A DNA stretch of 62,815 nt, the filler included, from Chiloscyllium plagiosum (taxonomy: Eukaryota): NCBI RefSeq assembly GCF_004010195.1. It is 5 parts of one record of this genome, joined end to end, with 100 filler letters (N's around TTAATTAATTAA, not from the genome) between each part and the next. Parts side by side here need not be neighbours in the genome. Positions count along the whole stretch, not along the records: positions 36,398 to 47,012 come from NC_057716.1; positions 47,113 to 58,183 come from NC_057716.1; 3 more parts are not named here. The stretch is one strand, 5' to 3'. Made by a program: the position numbers and the translations under genes. The notes below the pieces were generated by a model. The model had not been told where the DNA came from. It made no database searches and saw only the letters and a program-made list of their open reading frames with translations. Within the stretch, counting starts at the first letter, position 1. Each line of letters opens with the position of its first letter. Of the stretch, positions 39,339 to 51,460 are shown piece by piece.

Positions 39339-39562
39339 ATGGCAGCTAAGGGGAAATTACACCACGGTTTGTCGACAGCAGCACGGAGGTCCTAGTGGAC
39401 GGGCTAGTACAAAAGGGTACCATTCTCTTCCCAGAGGGATCGCACTACCAGACTCACCGAGCCTGGCCTGAGCTCGCCACCCATCCCAGTGCAGTATCTG
39501 CAGTCTGAAGAAATGTCCAGCAAAACAGGCCAAGCATCAATAACCTTCCCCACTCTGTCAAG
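39339..39562 (+). pseudogene. Myb/SANT-like DNA-binding domain relic (PIF/Harbinger Myb protein type)
   Basis: Reads MAAKGKL, frameshift, PRFVDSSTEVLVDGLVQKGTILFPEGSHYQTHRAWPELATHPSAVSAV*RNVQQNRPSINNL, which fits the PRFxxxxxEVLV...LF...AWxExA...RxxxQxxxxxNxL pattern. Confidence 0.7.
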
Positions 39563-39886
39563 ATAAGGATCACCATATTTTCTCTGCTCCCTCACACTCA
39601 CTGTGTATCTGTTATAGCACCGGCCCGCGTACAAGGCTCATGCTCCACCACTCTCACTATTTCATACAGCACCTTCCCTCTCTTTCTCTCTTGCCTTTTT
39701 CATGCCCCCCACATATTTATAGAATATTCTGGAGAATGCCAATTATGGAATGTTCCAGTTAATGTTCCAACTTATTCCCAGTTGCAGGAAAACGGCTGTG
39801 CACCAGTGTGTAACACGTAAGAGGATGGAGTGAAGATGTACGTTTTTCAAATCACACACAATTAAAATCCATCATCTGGATTCAGT

Positions 39887-40400
39887 ACTTCAAACATTCA
39901 ATACATTCGGGGGTGATCTGATGGTTTTCGCAGCTCCATGTTACAGGAACGTTTAGTCATTCAACCCCCAGGTCCCTGTTACCGAGCAGATGATTTTCAG
40001 ATACTTTTACCCCGTGTTTCTTCGAGCATGTGTTCAGAAGGCATTTCCCATGGGGACGGATTCTCCTAACAATATATTTCATATTCTTTATAAATTCATG
40101 CAACAGTCAGAATGCTTTCCACAGACCAATCAAAAACATGCACACTTCAAACATTCAATACATTCGGGGGTGATCTGATGGTTTTCGCAGCTCCATGTTA
40201 CAGGAACGTTTAGTCATTCAACCCCCAGGTCCCTGTTACCGAGCAGATGATTTTCAGATACTTTTACCCCGTGTTTCTTCGAGCATGTGTTCAGAAGGCA
40301 TTTCCCATGGGGACGGATTCTCCTAACAATATATTTCATATTCTTTATAAATTCATGCAACAGTCAGAATGCTTTCCACAGACCAATCAAAAACATGCAC
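39887..40400. repeat. Apparently exact 257-bp tandem duplication
   Basis: 39887-40143 matches 40144-40400 with no difference seen by eye. Confidence 0.95.
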
Positions 40401-40409
40401 TTATTATGC

Positions 40410-41110
40410 GAGGTTTGTGAAAGTTTGTAGCTCAGGTTGAAGGTTAGGGTGCAGGTTTGCTTTGTGAGCAGTAGGTTTGATATCCAGACGTTTCATTACC
40501 TGGCTAGCTAACATCATCAGTGGCGACCTCCAAGTGAATTGAAGCTGTTGTCTCCTGCTTTCTATTTATATCTTTCCCCTGGATAGGGTTCCTGGGGTTT
40601 GTAGTGATGTCATTTCCTGTTCGTTTTCTGAGGGGTTGATAGATGGCATCTAGATCTATATGTTTGTTTAGGGCTTTGTGGTTGGAGCGCCAGGCCTCTA
40701 GCAATTCTCTGGCATGTCTTTGCTTAGACTGTCCCTGGATAGACGCATTGCCCCAGTCGAAATGGTGTTTTTTTTTTTCACCCGTGTGCAGGGCTACGAG
40801 GGAGAGAGGGTCGTGTCATTTTGTGGTTAGATGGTGTTTGTGTATCCTCGCGGTTAACGTTCTTTATGTTTGTCCTGCGTCGTGTTTGTGGCAGTCCTTG
40901 CATGGAATTTTGTAGATGACGTTGGTTTTGTCCATGGGTTGTACGGGTTCTTTTAAGTTTGTTAGTTTTTGTTTGAGAGTGTTGTTGGGTTTGTGTGCTA
41001 CTAGGATTCCAAGGGGACTTAGTAGTCTGGCTGTCATTTCTGAAACTTCTTTGATGTATTGTAAGGTGGTTAGGGTTTCTGGCTGTGTTATGGTTATCGA
41101 TATCCAATCA
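40410..41110 (-). mobile_element. Penelope-like element (third family): GIY-YIG region and pLTR
   Basis: Gives TLQYIKEVSEMTARLLSPLG...TNVIYKIPCKDCHKHDAGQT and LEAWRSNHKALNKHIDLDAIY. Confidence 0.9.
40484..40523 (-). ncRNA. Minimal hammerhead ribozyme with GUC cleavage triplet
   Basis: Reverse complement reads cca-CTGATGA-t-gttagctagccaggtaat-GAAA-cGTC-tgg. Confidence 0.75.
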
Positions 41111-41304
41111 GAATTCGTCATTCTGGTTATTTTACTTGTCTGACCATATTGTATTCAGCCAAAGACAGCTTCCAAACACATGTCTAATTATAAAATACAA
41201 TTTCTAACAGAGAACATTCTTATCTCAAATATACCCTTTTCCTTGTCATTAAAAATTCTCTTGCCCTTTGTCTGTAATGATTCTGTGTGTAACAGTTACA
41301 CAGT

Positions 41305-41479
41305 CTCCCCCTCAGTTGGCTGGATGGTTAGTTTGTGATACAGAGGGAGGCCACCAGCGCAGGGTCAATTCCCACACTGACAGAGGTTACCATGAAGGGG
41401 ATGCTCTCTCAACCTCACTCCATCACCCGTGTGGTGACCTTCAACATAAACCACCATGAGAGATCTCTCTAATGAGAGC
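41305..41479 (+). mobile_element. Old tRNA-derived SINE (non-HE1 family), interrupted by a younger SINE
   Basis: Head ctcagttggctggatgg...gggtcaattccc and body gaggttaccatgaag...gtggtgaccttca. Confidence 0.55.
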
Positions 41480-41736
41480 TTAGATTAGATTACATTACAT
41501 TACAGTGTAGAAACAGGCCCTTCGGCCCAACAAGTCCACACCGACCCGCCGAAGTGAAACCCACCCATACCCCTACATTTACCCCTTACCTAACACTACG
41601 GGCAATTTAGTATGGCCAATTCACCTGACCCTGCACATCTTTTGTGACTGTGGGAGGAAACCGGATCACCCGGAGGAAACCCACGCAGACACGGGGAGAA
41701 CGTGCAAACTCCACACAGTCAGTCGCCTGAGGCGGG
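41480..41736 (-). mobile_element. HE1-type V-SINE, young
   Basis: The reverse complement has the V-domain and a (taatc)n tail at 41480-41500. Confidence 0.9.
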
Positions 41737-42280
41737 TCGGTGGGACTATTGGGACTCTAATCTATTAATGTTAGCATTTTAACTTTTTAACAAATTTTTA
41801 TTGAAAATATATTTTTATTATTTCATTAAAACAATAACAAAACAACTGAAACAAGTGAACAAAATTACACCCACGTGCATGCGCATACAAAATAAATTAA
41901 AGCCGCTAAATGGACAGAAGAAAAACAAAAAAATAAATAATAAATAATAAATAAACAATACAGCTCAGCATAACAAAGTGATAGCTCTCGTTCTTCGAGA
42001 GCATTAACTGATACACATTCATACGTTCATAATTCTTCATATGTGATTCATTATACAATATCGTCATGGCTATATAAAAGCTCTTTTTGGAGTGGCAGAT
42101 AAGTTTGTATCGCGGTAATCTGAAAAGGGTTGCCATATTTTATGCAAATCTCCGCTATTTCGGTGAACCATACTGGTGAGAAGGTCCAAAGGGATATTCA
42201 CCATGACGAGTTTACAACGACGCAACAGACTCGGGGGTTTTTCAGACATCCAACACCACAGAATATTTTTCCTAGCACAG

Positions 42281-43530
42281 GAAGTATGGGGGAGATACTA
42301 AACAAGTATTGTGCATCAGTATTTACTGTGGAAAAGGATATGGAAGATATAAAAGGAAGGAAATAGATGGTGACATTTTGCAAAATGACCATATTACAGA
42401 AGAGGTAGTGCTGGATGTCTTGAAACGGGTAAAGGTGGATCAGGACCTGATCAGGTCTACCCTAGAGCTCTATGGGAAGCTCGAGAAGTGATTGCTGGGC
42501 CTCTTGCTGAGATATTTGTACCATCGATAGTCACAGGTGAGATGTCGGAAGACTGGAGGTTGGCTAACATTTTGACATTGTTTAAGAAGGGTGTTAAGGA
42601 CAAGCCAGGGAACTATAAACTAGTGAGCCTGATGTTGGTAGTGGGTAAGTTGTTGGAGGGAATCTTGAGGGACAGGATGTGCATGTATTTGGAAAGGCAA
42701 GGACTGATTTGTGATAGTCAACATGGCTTTGTGCATGAGAAATCATGCCTCACAAACTTGATTGAGTTTTTTGAAGAAGGTTCAAAGAGGATTGATGAGG
42801 GCAGAGGGGTAGATGTGATCTATATGGACTTCAGTAATGATTTTGCAAAGGTTCCCCATGGCAGTCTGAATGGCATTGTTAGATCTAATGGTATACAGGG
42901 AGAACTAGCTATTTGGATACAGAACTGGCTCAAAGGTAGAAGACAAAGGGTGGTGGTGGAGGGTTGTTTTTCAGACTGGGGAGCCTGTGACCAGTGCAGT
43001 GACACAAGGGTCGGTGTTGGATTCACTACTTTTTGACATTGACATAAATGATTTGGATGCGAGCATAAGAGGTACAGCTAGTAAATTTGCAGATGATGCC
43101 AAAATTGGAGGTGTAGTGGAGAGCGAAGTAGGTCACCTCAGATTGACCAAATGGCCAATGGGCTGAGAAGTGGCAGAGGGAGTTGAATTCAGATAAATGC
43201 GAGATGTTGCATTTTGGGAAAACAAATCTTAGCAGTTCTTCTCCACTTAATGATAAGGTCCTGCTGAACAAAGATAACTGGGAGTGCAACTGTTTCACAC
43301 AGAGAGTGGTACGTGTATGAAATGAGATGGCTGATGATGTCGGGATGCTGATGCAAGTGTAACATTTAAGAGGCATTTGGATGGGTAAATGAATAAGAAA
43401 GATTTGGAAGGATATTGGCCAGATGCTGGCAGGTGGGACTAGGTTTGTTTGGGTTATGTGGTCGGCATGAATGGCTTGGACAGAAGGGTCTGTTTCCATG
43501 CTGTACATCTCTATGACTCTATGATTCTAT
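42281..43530 (+). mobile_element. CR1 LINE inserted in L1
   Basis: ORF 42488-43036 gives EDWRLANILTLFKKG...SQHGFVHEKSCLTNLIEFFEE. It ends in a (ctatgact)n-like tail. Confidence 0.92.
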
Positions 43531-44289
43531 GACTTATATTAATCTCTGTTTTTGGTGCACCATGCTGGTGAGAAAGTCCAAAGGGATATTCTCCATGATG
43601 AGCTTACAAAGACCCAACAGACCCGCGGAGTCTTCAGACATCCAACACAACAGAATATTTTTCCTAGCACAGAAAGTAAGGATATTTTTCCCCCATGTGC
43701 ATCTGTGTAAGATAATCTGGGCAGGCCTAGGAAAAGAGAAACCGGGTTCACCTCCAATTCGGTCCACAAGACCCACTCTACCACACCTAACACAGAGCTC
43801 CAATATATACAAAGCTTGCATCAGGACCACATGCAACGAGTAAGAGTGCCTGTAGTCATTCTGCATTTAGGACATGCTGAAGATAATCCCACTTTGAAGT
43901 TTGAGAGAAAATCGTGGGGCAGATAGAACCTATGAAGTACTTTCAACTGTATCGAATGGGTCATATTACAGATCAAAATCCTTCGAGCATTTTCACAAAT
44001 ATCCTCCCATGTCTCCGAAAAGATCTAAACCCCCAACTTCCTAGCACAGACGTCACGAAGCTGCACAGTCTTGTCTGACGGGACACTCTCCAACAAATGT
44101 TAAAGGGTACGGTCAGTGAGTGCATTCTTTACAATCATCACTTGCTTCTCTGTATCGGATATATAAGTGTCTGTTAAAATTGTGTTTTTTAATCAAATCT
44201 CTAATCTGAAAAAAAAACGGAAGAGGTCTCTACTAGGTAGTCCATACTTACGAGCTATTTGTTAAAATGATATCATTATTTCTCGCTCA

Positions 44290-44485
44290 AGTAACATGTC
44301 GTGGCTCAGTGGTTTGCACTGCTGACTCATCGCACCTGGGACACGTGTTTGGTTCCAGCCTTGGGTGTCTGGCTGTGTGGAGTTAGTATATTCTCAACTG
44401 TGTCTGTTTTCTCCCACAGTCACAAAGTGCCCCCCCCCGCCCCAACCCCGCCACAATCTGTGGGGCAGTTGGAAATTTGTTAGCT
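44290..44485 (+). mobile_element. Degenerate V-SINE
   Basis: gtggctcagtggtttgcactgctg head and tgtgtggagtt core. Confidence 0.7.
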
Positions 44486-46225
44486 TGACATAGAATCACT
44501 TATATTGCCAAATAAAAGAGCTAAACCAGTCATTATGTTTCCGAAATATCTGCCTGGGAAGCATCAAAGGAAGCATTCACACAGGGTATAGGAAATGACG
44601 AAGGACATTCATTTTAATAACAGCTTCCGACCTAGCCAGGATATTGGAAATGCCTCCCATCTTTGAAGGTCTTGTTTCATTTTGTCAAACAAATGGACAT
44701 AGTTCACGTTAAATAAATAATCAAAGACAGATGTAGTAATATACTGAAATAGGGAAACCACCCCCGTGACCATTTAAAAGCAAACTAGGATTTGGCCTCA
44801 GTATTAGGTATTTCCCTAAGACCTCCCATAGGCATGGCCTCCAACTTTGTAAAATTAATCTTATTACCCGGAAAGGCAACAAGCAAATTAATGCATTGCA
44901 AGACATGAACTACCGAAATTGCGGGATTTGACAAAAACATAAGACCCTCATCTGCATACAATATAATATTACGTGAGTTCTATCCCATTTCTGGGGCAGA
45001 TATGTTGGCATCCCATGGATGGCCTTCGCCAGTGACTCAATCACCAACGTAAACAACAATGGCGAAAGATGTCAACCTTGTCGGCTGCCTGGAGAAATAT
45101 TAATATTACTGATTAGTGAGAAGCGCAGCCAGAGGATCACGGTAAAGGACCCACACCTACTTGATAAAAACTTTGCGTAGACCAAACCGTTCTAATGTAC
45201 AGAAGTGATCCGGCCACTCAACTCAAGCAAATGCCTTCTCTCATCTGAAGGGATCAATAATCCATGAACAGATTGTTGTTGACATTCTAGGATCATATTG
45301 AGTAACCTCTTACCATTGTAGGAAGATCTACGGCCCTTTACAAAGCCTGTTTGGTCCGCTTTAGCAACGGAAGGCAGCAAAGTTTCCAGCCTGATTGTAC
45401 GGGTCTCAGGCAGGATTTGGAAACTAACATTTAAAAGTGAAATTGGAGGGGAAGAAGCACAATCTTACAGGGTCTTCCTTTCTTCAGCATCAGAAAGATA
45501 TAAGCCTCTCTTAAGGATGGAGGGACGGGATCCTGACTGTATGAGTGACGGAACATGTTAAATATCAGCCCTGACAATACGTTTATAAATTATTTTTAAA
45601 ATTCTCTCAGAAATCCGTCAGGAACGTGCACCTTTACATTCTGAAGCTGCTTCACACCCTCCTGCGCTGACAATGGTGCATTAAGGCACAACAGCTATTC
45701 AGGGGTTACTCCTGGAAAACCCAGGTTCTTGGAACATGACTCCATCTTAATCCATCTATCCTAATAATGCTCAGTCTGAAATAATTCGGTGAGCAATCTC
45801 GGACAGGAGACATTAATCTTTTTGGAATTTAAGGTAAGGATCCCAATACCTTCCCTAATTGAGGTAACGGCTTGAGAGGAGCGCTCGTTTTCCTGCAAGA
45901 TAGACTAAATACCTGCCTGGCTTATCACCATGTTCAAACAGCCTTTGTTTTGCAAATGAAAGTTCCTTCTTGGCTGTCTGTGTAAGCGTGGAATTCACTG
46001 TAGACGGAAGCGTTGTGATCCTCTGCAGCTTAGCCACTGAGGGTCAATCACAGTATGCACTCTTGGCTGCCCTCAGCTGTGCCTCAAGCCAGCTTTCCTG
46101 CTCCCCCTTCTGCTGCATCCTAAGGAATAATTATTCCCTTGGCATAAGCCTTAGCAATTTCCCATAGAGTGGATGGGTTACTGGTTGAATCTGAATGATT
46201 GGCTAAGAAAGATTTGAATTCATCG

Positions 46226-46540
46226 CAGTGGGTGACACGGTGGCACAATGGTTAGCACTGCTGCCTCACAGTGCCAGACAACTGGGTTCAATTCCCGCCT
46301 CAGGTGATTGACTGTGTAGAGCTTTCACATTCTCCCCGTGTCTGCGTGGGTTTCCTCGCGTGCTCCGGTTTCCTCCCAGAGCCCAAGAATATGCAGTTTA
46401 GGTGAATTGGCCATTCTAAATTGCCCGTAGCGTTAGGTGAAGGGGTAAATGTTCGGGAATGGGTCTGGGTGGGTTGCACTTCGGCGGGTCAGTGTGGACT
46501 TGTTGGGCCTGCTTCTACACTGTAAGTAATCAAATCTAAA
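46226..46540 (+). mobile_element. HE1-type V-SINE, full length
   Basis: A-box tggcacaatgg, B-box ggttcaattcc, V-domain and taatc tail. Confidence 0.9.
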
Positions 46541-46629
46541 TACTCAATTAACCAACTAGTCTTAAGAATAAAGGGATACATTCGCTAATGTCTCGAATCT
46601 ACGAGGTACTATCCAAGGCCCCAAATGAG

Positions 46630-47012
46630 CTTTCCACATCCATCAAAGTTTTACCTGCACATCCACTAATATCATCTATTGTATCCGTTGCTCCCGATGC
46701 GGTCTCCTCGACATTGGGGAGACTGGGCGCCTCCTAGCAGAGCGCTTTAGGGAACATCTCCGAGACACCCGCACCAATCAACCAAACCGCCCCGTGGCCC
46801 AACATTTCAACTCCCCCTCCCACTCTGCCGAGGATATGGAGGTGCTGGGCCTCCTCCACCACCGCTCCCTCACCACCAGACGCCTGGAGGAAGAACGCCT
46901 CATCTTCCGCCTCGGAACACTTCAACCCCAGGGCATCAATGTGGATGTTAACAGTTTCCTCATTTCCCCTTCCCCACCTCACCCTCGTTCCAAACTTCCA
47001 GCTCAGCACTGT
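46630..47012 (+). mobile_element. Penelope-like GIY-YIG endonuclease fragment
   Basis: Gives FTCTSTNIIYCIRCSRCGLLDIGETGRLLAERFREH...EEERLIFRLGTLQPQGIN. Confidence 0.92.
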
Positions 47013-48910
47013 NNNNNNNNNNNNNNNNNNNNNNNNNNNNNNNNNNNNNNNNNNNNTTAATTAATTAANNNNNNNNNNNNNNNNNNNNNNNNNNNNNNNN
47101 NNNNNNNNNNNNTGGAAAACCCAGGCTGTATCAGCAAGTGACCAGCACGCCAACCCCCAGTCTCTGTCTCCAGGCTTTTCCTCTCTGTAACTTTTGCTCC
47201 AGATGTGAGTCATGTTGCAGACCCAGATACGCTGGGAATACAGCCACATACCCCACCCATGGTTAAAATATCAAATCCTCTGCTCTCCCTGAATGCAATA
47301 TTGTACAACACGATTTCCATCAAAATAACCCGTTTCTTTCCAAATGGATAACATGTGAAATTAATAAATAGGAACAGGAGAAGGTCAATCGGCCCCTCAA
47401 GCTAACCCTGGCATTTCATAAGAACATGGCTGATCTACTCCAGGGCTCACCTCCACTTTCTTCCCCAACCCTTGTATCCCTTCACACCTCTCTGGGTTAG
47501 GGAATGCCAGACATTTACTACCTTCGGAGAGAAGACGTTTTTCTGCATCTTAGATTGAAATTTAAGTTCCATATTCGGTATCTATATCCTCGAGTTCGAC
47601 ACTTTGCACAAGAATGGAAACAACTTCTCAACATCTACCTTCTCCAACCCCTTCTGTGTCTTGTATGTTTCAGCAGTATCACTCCTCATTCATTTAAACC
47701 CCAATGAATAATCGCCTAACCATTTTAGAGATTCTCAATAACTCAACCCTTTCATCCCAAGAAACTGCCTAATGTACCAACCGAGGTACTTGCTGCATCA
47801 GCATGCTGACTTTATGTTTCATACACAGGAAGACTCCAATCCCTTTGTACTGTTCCTTGTCTGGAAGTCCTCTCCATTAAATAACAGCCTGCCTTTTGAT
47901 GCTCAGTGTTATCCTCAAACTCGGATGTATATTGCACTCAGCTCCCTCCTGCAGGCTGTCAGCATAGATAGCAAATAACTGATGCCATCAGATTGTTATT
48001 TGTGGTACTCCACCAGCTCCACCCTTATCATAAAGATCCATTAATTCTGACTCTCCGATTTCTGTGTTAACCAATTATCATCCCATGTTAATACAGTATC
48101 CGACATCCTGGAGCTTCTGTTTTGCGTAAGAACTTTTAATTTGTAATACCTTGTGGAAAATCTCTGGAAAGTCTCGTGTCTACCAGATCGCCTTTATCAG
48201 TTCCGCTTGTTACATTTTCAGGCATCTCCAGAAATACTTTGCACGATTTTACAGGGCAAAGTATAATTTTCCTTTCACAAACACAATCTGAAGCTTTTCT
48301 AAACTTCCATGCTGGCCAAGATTTCCAAATTAAGCTCGTCCCATTTGATTTCATTTGGCCCATAGGCCTCCAAATATTTCCCATTCATATGTTTGTCCAA
48401 ATGAGTTTTAAATGTTGTAGCTGTCCTTGCATCTCCCACTCGTCCTCTGGAAGCTCATTCCATACCCACACCGCCCTCTGTGTAAGAACGCAGACCCTTC
48501 ATCCCTTTTTAGTCTACCCCCTTTCACCTTAAACCTATTTCCTCTATGTTTGGATTCCCATATCCTGTGGAAAAGACCTTGGTTATTCACCCTATCCATA
48601 CCTCTCATGATTTTATAAGTTTCTATAATGTCACCCTTCAACATTCTACACACCATATGATACTAACTTCAAGAACAAGCGTTTAAAGATAAGCACTGCA
48701 AAATTGAAACAATATTAAAAATGACAGGTAACCAACACTCAGCCTTAACATCATGCTGTGATTTTGTTTTCTCCATGTTACAATACTAAGGCAGCATGAA
48801 ACGCTAACTAGTGCCAATTAGAATTCAAGCACCTGAATTCCTTTGTCTAAAGGGGATGATGATTATGACAGTGAAAATGTATCTGTGGCCAGATTTATAC
48901 AATAAATCTT

Positions 48911-49078
48911 GTGCTACTGAGACTTTATAAAGCTCTGGTTAGGCCCAATTTGGAGTACTGTGTCCAGTTTTGGGCTCCACACCTCAGGAAGGACATACTG
49001 GCACTGGAGCGTGTCCAGCGGAAATTCACACGGATGGTCCCTGGAATGGTAGGTCTAACATATGAGGAACGGCTGAGG
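48911..49078 (+). mobile_element. Young CR1 fragment adjacent to a gap
   Basis: Gives LYKALVRPNLEYCVQFWAPHLRKDILALERVQRKFTRM. Confidence 0.9.
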
Positions 49079-51164
49079 NNNNNNNNNNNNNNNNNNNNNN
49101 NNNNNNNNNNNNNNNNNNNNNNNNNNNNNNNNNNNNNNNNNNNNNNNNNNNNNNNNNNNNNNNNNNNNNNNNNNNNNNNNNNNNNNNNNNNNNNNNNNNN
49201 NNNNNNNNNNNNNNNNNNNNNNNNNNNNNNNNNNNNNNNNNNNNNNNNNNNNNNNNNNNNNNNNNNNNNNNNNNNNNNNNNNNNNNNNNNNNNNNNNNNN
49301 NNNNNNNNNNNNNNNNNNNNNNNNNNNNNNNNNNNNNNNNNNNNNNNNNNNNNNNNNNNNNNNNNNNNNNNNNNNNNNNNNNNNNNNNNNNNNNNNNNNN
49401 NNNNNNNNNNNNNNNNNNNNNNNNNNNNNNNNNNNNNNNNNNNNNNNNNNNNNNNNNNNNNNNNNNNNNNNNNNNNNNNNNNNNNNNNNNNNNNNNNNNN
49501 NNNNNNNNNNNNNNNNNNNNNNNNNNNNNNNNNNNNNNNNNNNNNNNNNNNNNNNNNNNNNNNNNNNNNNNAAAGACCATTTTGCAATTGTATTCAGTTT
49601 TGATGAATTGTCACACTGGACTGGAACCGCTAACTCTGTTTCTCAGTCTCTGCAGATGTTGACAGACCTGCGGAGTTTCTCCAGAAATGAATAGTCACAG
49701 AATAAATCTTCAATTAAACAAATAGCTATGGATACTGGAAATAAAAATAAAAAAACCCTTATGAAAGGTTCACTGGACCGGAAAATTTAACTCTGCATTC
49801 ACTCCAGAAACTTCGGAAAATTTAACTCTGCATTCACTCCAGAAACTTCTGCAACACTTTTAGCAATTTCTTCAGCAATTTCTGTTTGTTGAACAATTTC
49901 CAAAGACATATTATCAAAGATGCCCAAACATCCCGTCCAACATGGAGCGCCGTACACTGGGAACTGAACGATAACGCATGGTGACAAGTTCATTGACTCT
50001 GAAACGGCATAAGGCTGGAATCACTGACACTGCAGAGCTCTGAATCATGGTCAGGGGAAAAAATAACAGAAGGAAACACATTCACTTGAAATACAGAATA
50101 TGGCATTACTGAAAGGAAAAGATTCCGATTAGTACCTTAAATGGATATTGTTTATGTAAAAATTTGGAGACGTGACACCAAGGAAAGACTTCCAGCAGAA
50201 TGAGAATATGAATATGGAAGTATTTCCGCATCAGAAACCAGAGTAGGTCACTGAATTCAGGGCTGATGGGTGAATAGGTCTCGGTATGAACTGGGGGGCA
50301 GTCAGTAGAATTGAATTATAGATACTGCAGCTAAAACTGGGTTATCATCTGATGCGGTAGATTTCAATGACAATCTGCAACTTTTCCCCCAGGATAGTCC
50401 ATCCGTCTACCATTTCCATCAAGCCGATCCATGAGTCAGTGACGAGTGTGGGTGAACATGGTCGGGTCGGAATCACGTGCACTTAAACCTGATTACAACC
50501 CATTAAAGCTACCGCACTTGACTGGTTACACTACAACCAGCAGGACTAACATCTGATACAGAGAGAGAGATGATCCCAAGACTAACAAATCAGATCTAAG
50601 CTCTGTCGTCCTCCTGTCAAATCCATGCATAATAGTCGATGGACCATTAAACAACTTACTGGAAGAGAGGACTCCACAAATATCCGCACCCTAAATAATG
50701 GAACAGCCCTGTATGTCAATGTAAAAGATGCAGTATCTGCACCACCCTTAGCCAGAAGTGTTGAGCCGATTATCTACCTCAGCCTCACCATGATGCCAAC
50801 AGAATCACACATGGCAGTCTTCAACCAATTCAATTCATTGCACGTGACATGAAAAAACAGCTGGACCCTGTAGATACGACTAATGCAGTAGACCCTGACA
50901 CCATTCCTGCAATAGGACTGAAGACATGTGCTGCACAACAAGCCATGTTCCTGGGGACGCTGTGTCGTTCCAGCTCTTAATCTGACATCTCCCTGGCAAT
51001 GTGGAAAATTACTCAACTATATCCAATCCGCTAAGAGGAGGATTACTGCAATCTGACTCTTTACTTGTCCTTCATTCCCATCACGACAGTTAAATTGGTG
51101 GGAGTTCAAATTTGACAGAGCTGTCAAGCAGCACAGAAATTGTGGTTTCCGATAGGTCCCCATG

Positions 51165-51460
51165 TGGAGATGGTGCTGTTGTGGAACTGTCACTGGATTA
51201 CTAACCTAGACCAGGCTAATGCTCTGGCAGCTGGTGCAAATTAGAAACAATTAATAAAATATCAAGATCTAAAATCTGGTGTCAGTAATACTGAGCTTGT
51301 GTTCAATGTCAATTGTAAACTTCGATTTCCTTTCCCAATGTACATTCAGGAAGTGAATCTCCCGTGCTTTCGTGGTCTGGCCTGAAAGTGACTCCAGACA
51401 CAGAGACATGTGCTAAACTCTTCAATGACCTCTGAATCGGCCAAACAAGGCACTCAATTA
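51165..51460 (+). mobile_element. DeuSINE-type (SacSINE1/AmnSINE1-like) relic
   Basis: Deu-domain-like core caggaagtgaatctcccgtgctttcgtggtctggcctgaaagtgactccagac...ctcttcaatgacctctgaatcggcc. Confidence 0.7.

Larger units (their letters stand above)
41790..46625 (-). mobile_element. L1-clade LINE ORF2 relic with nested CR1 and SINEs
   Basis: Gives AKQRLFEHGDKPGRYLVYL, ADQTGFVKGRRSSYNGKRLLN and the C-terminal FCARKNILLCW...IPLDFLT. An A-rich tail with aataaa lies at about 41800. Confidence 0.85.

Noticed and set aside
49779..49849. 35-bp direct repeat
   Set aside because: It is a simple local slippage duplication within a decayed pLTR-like remnant.
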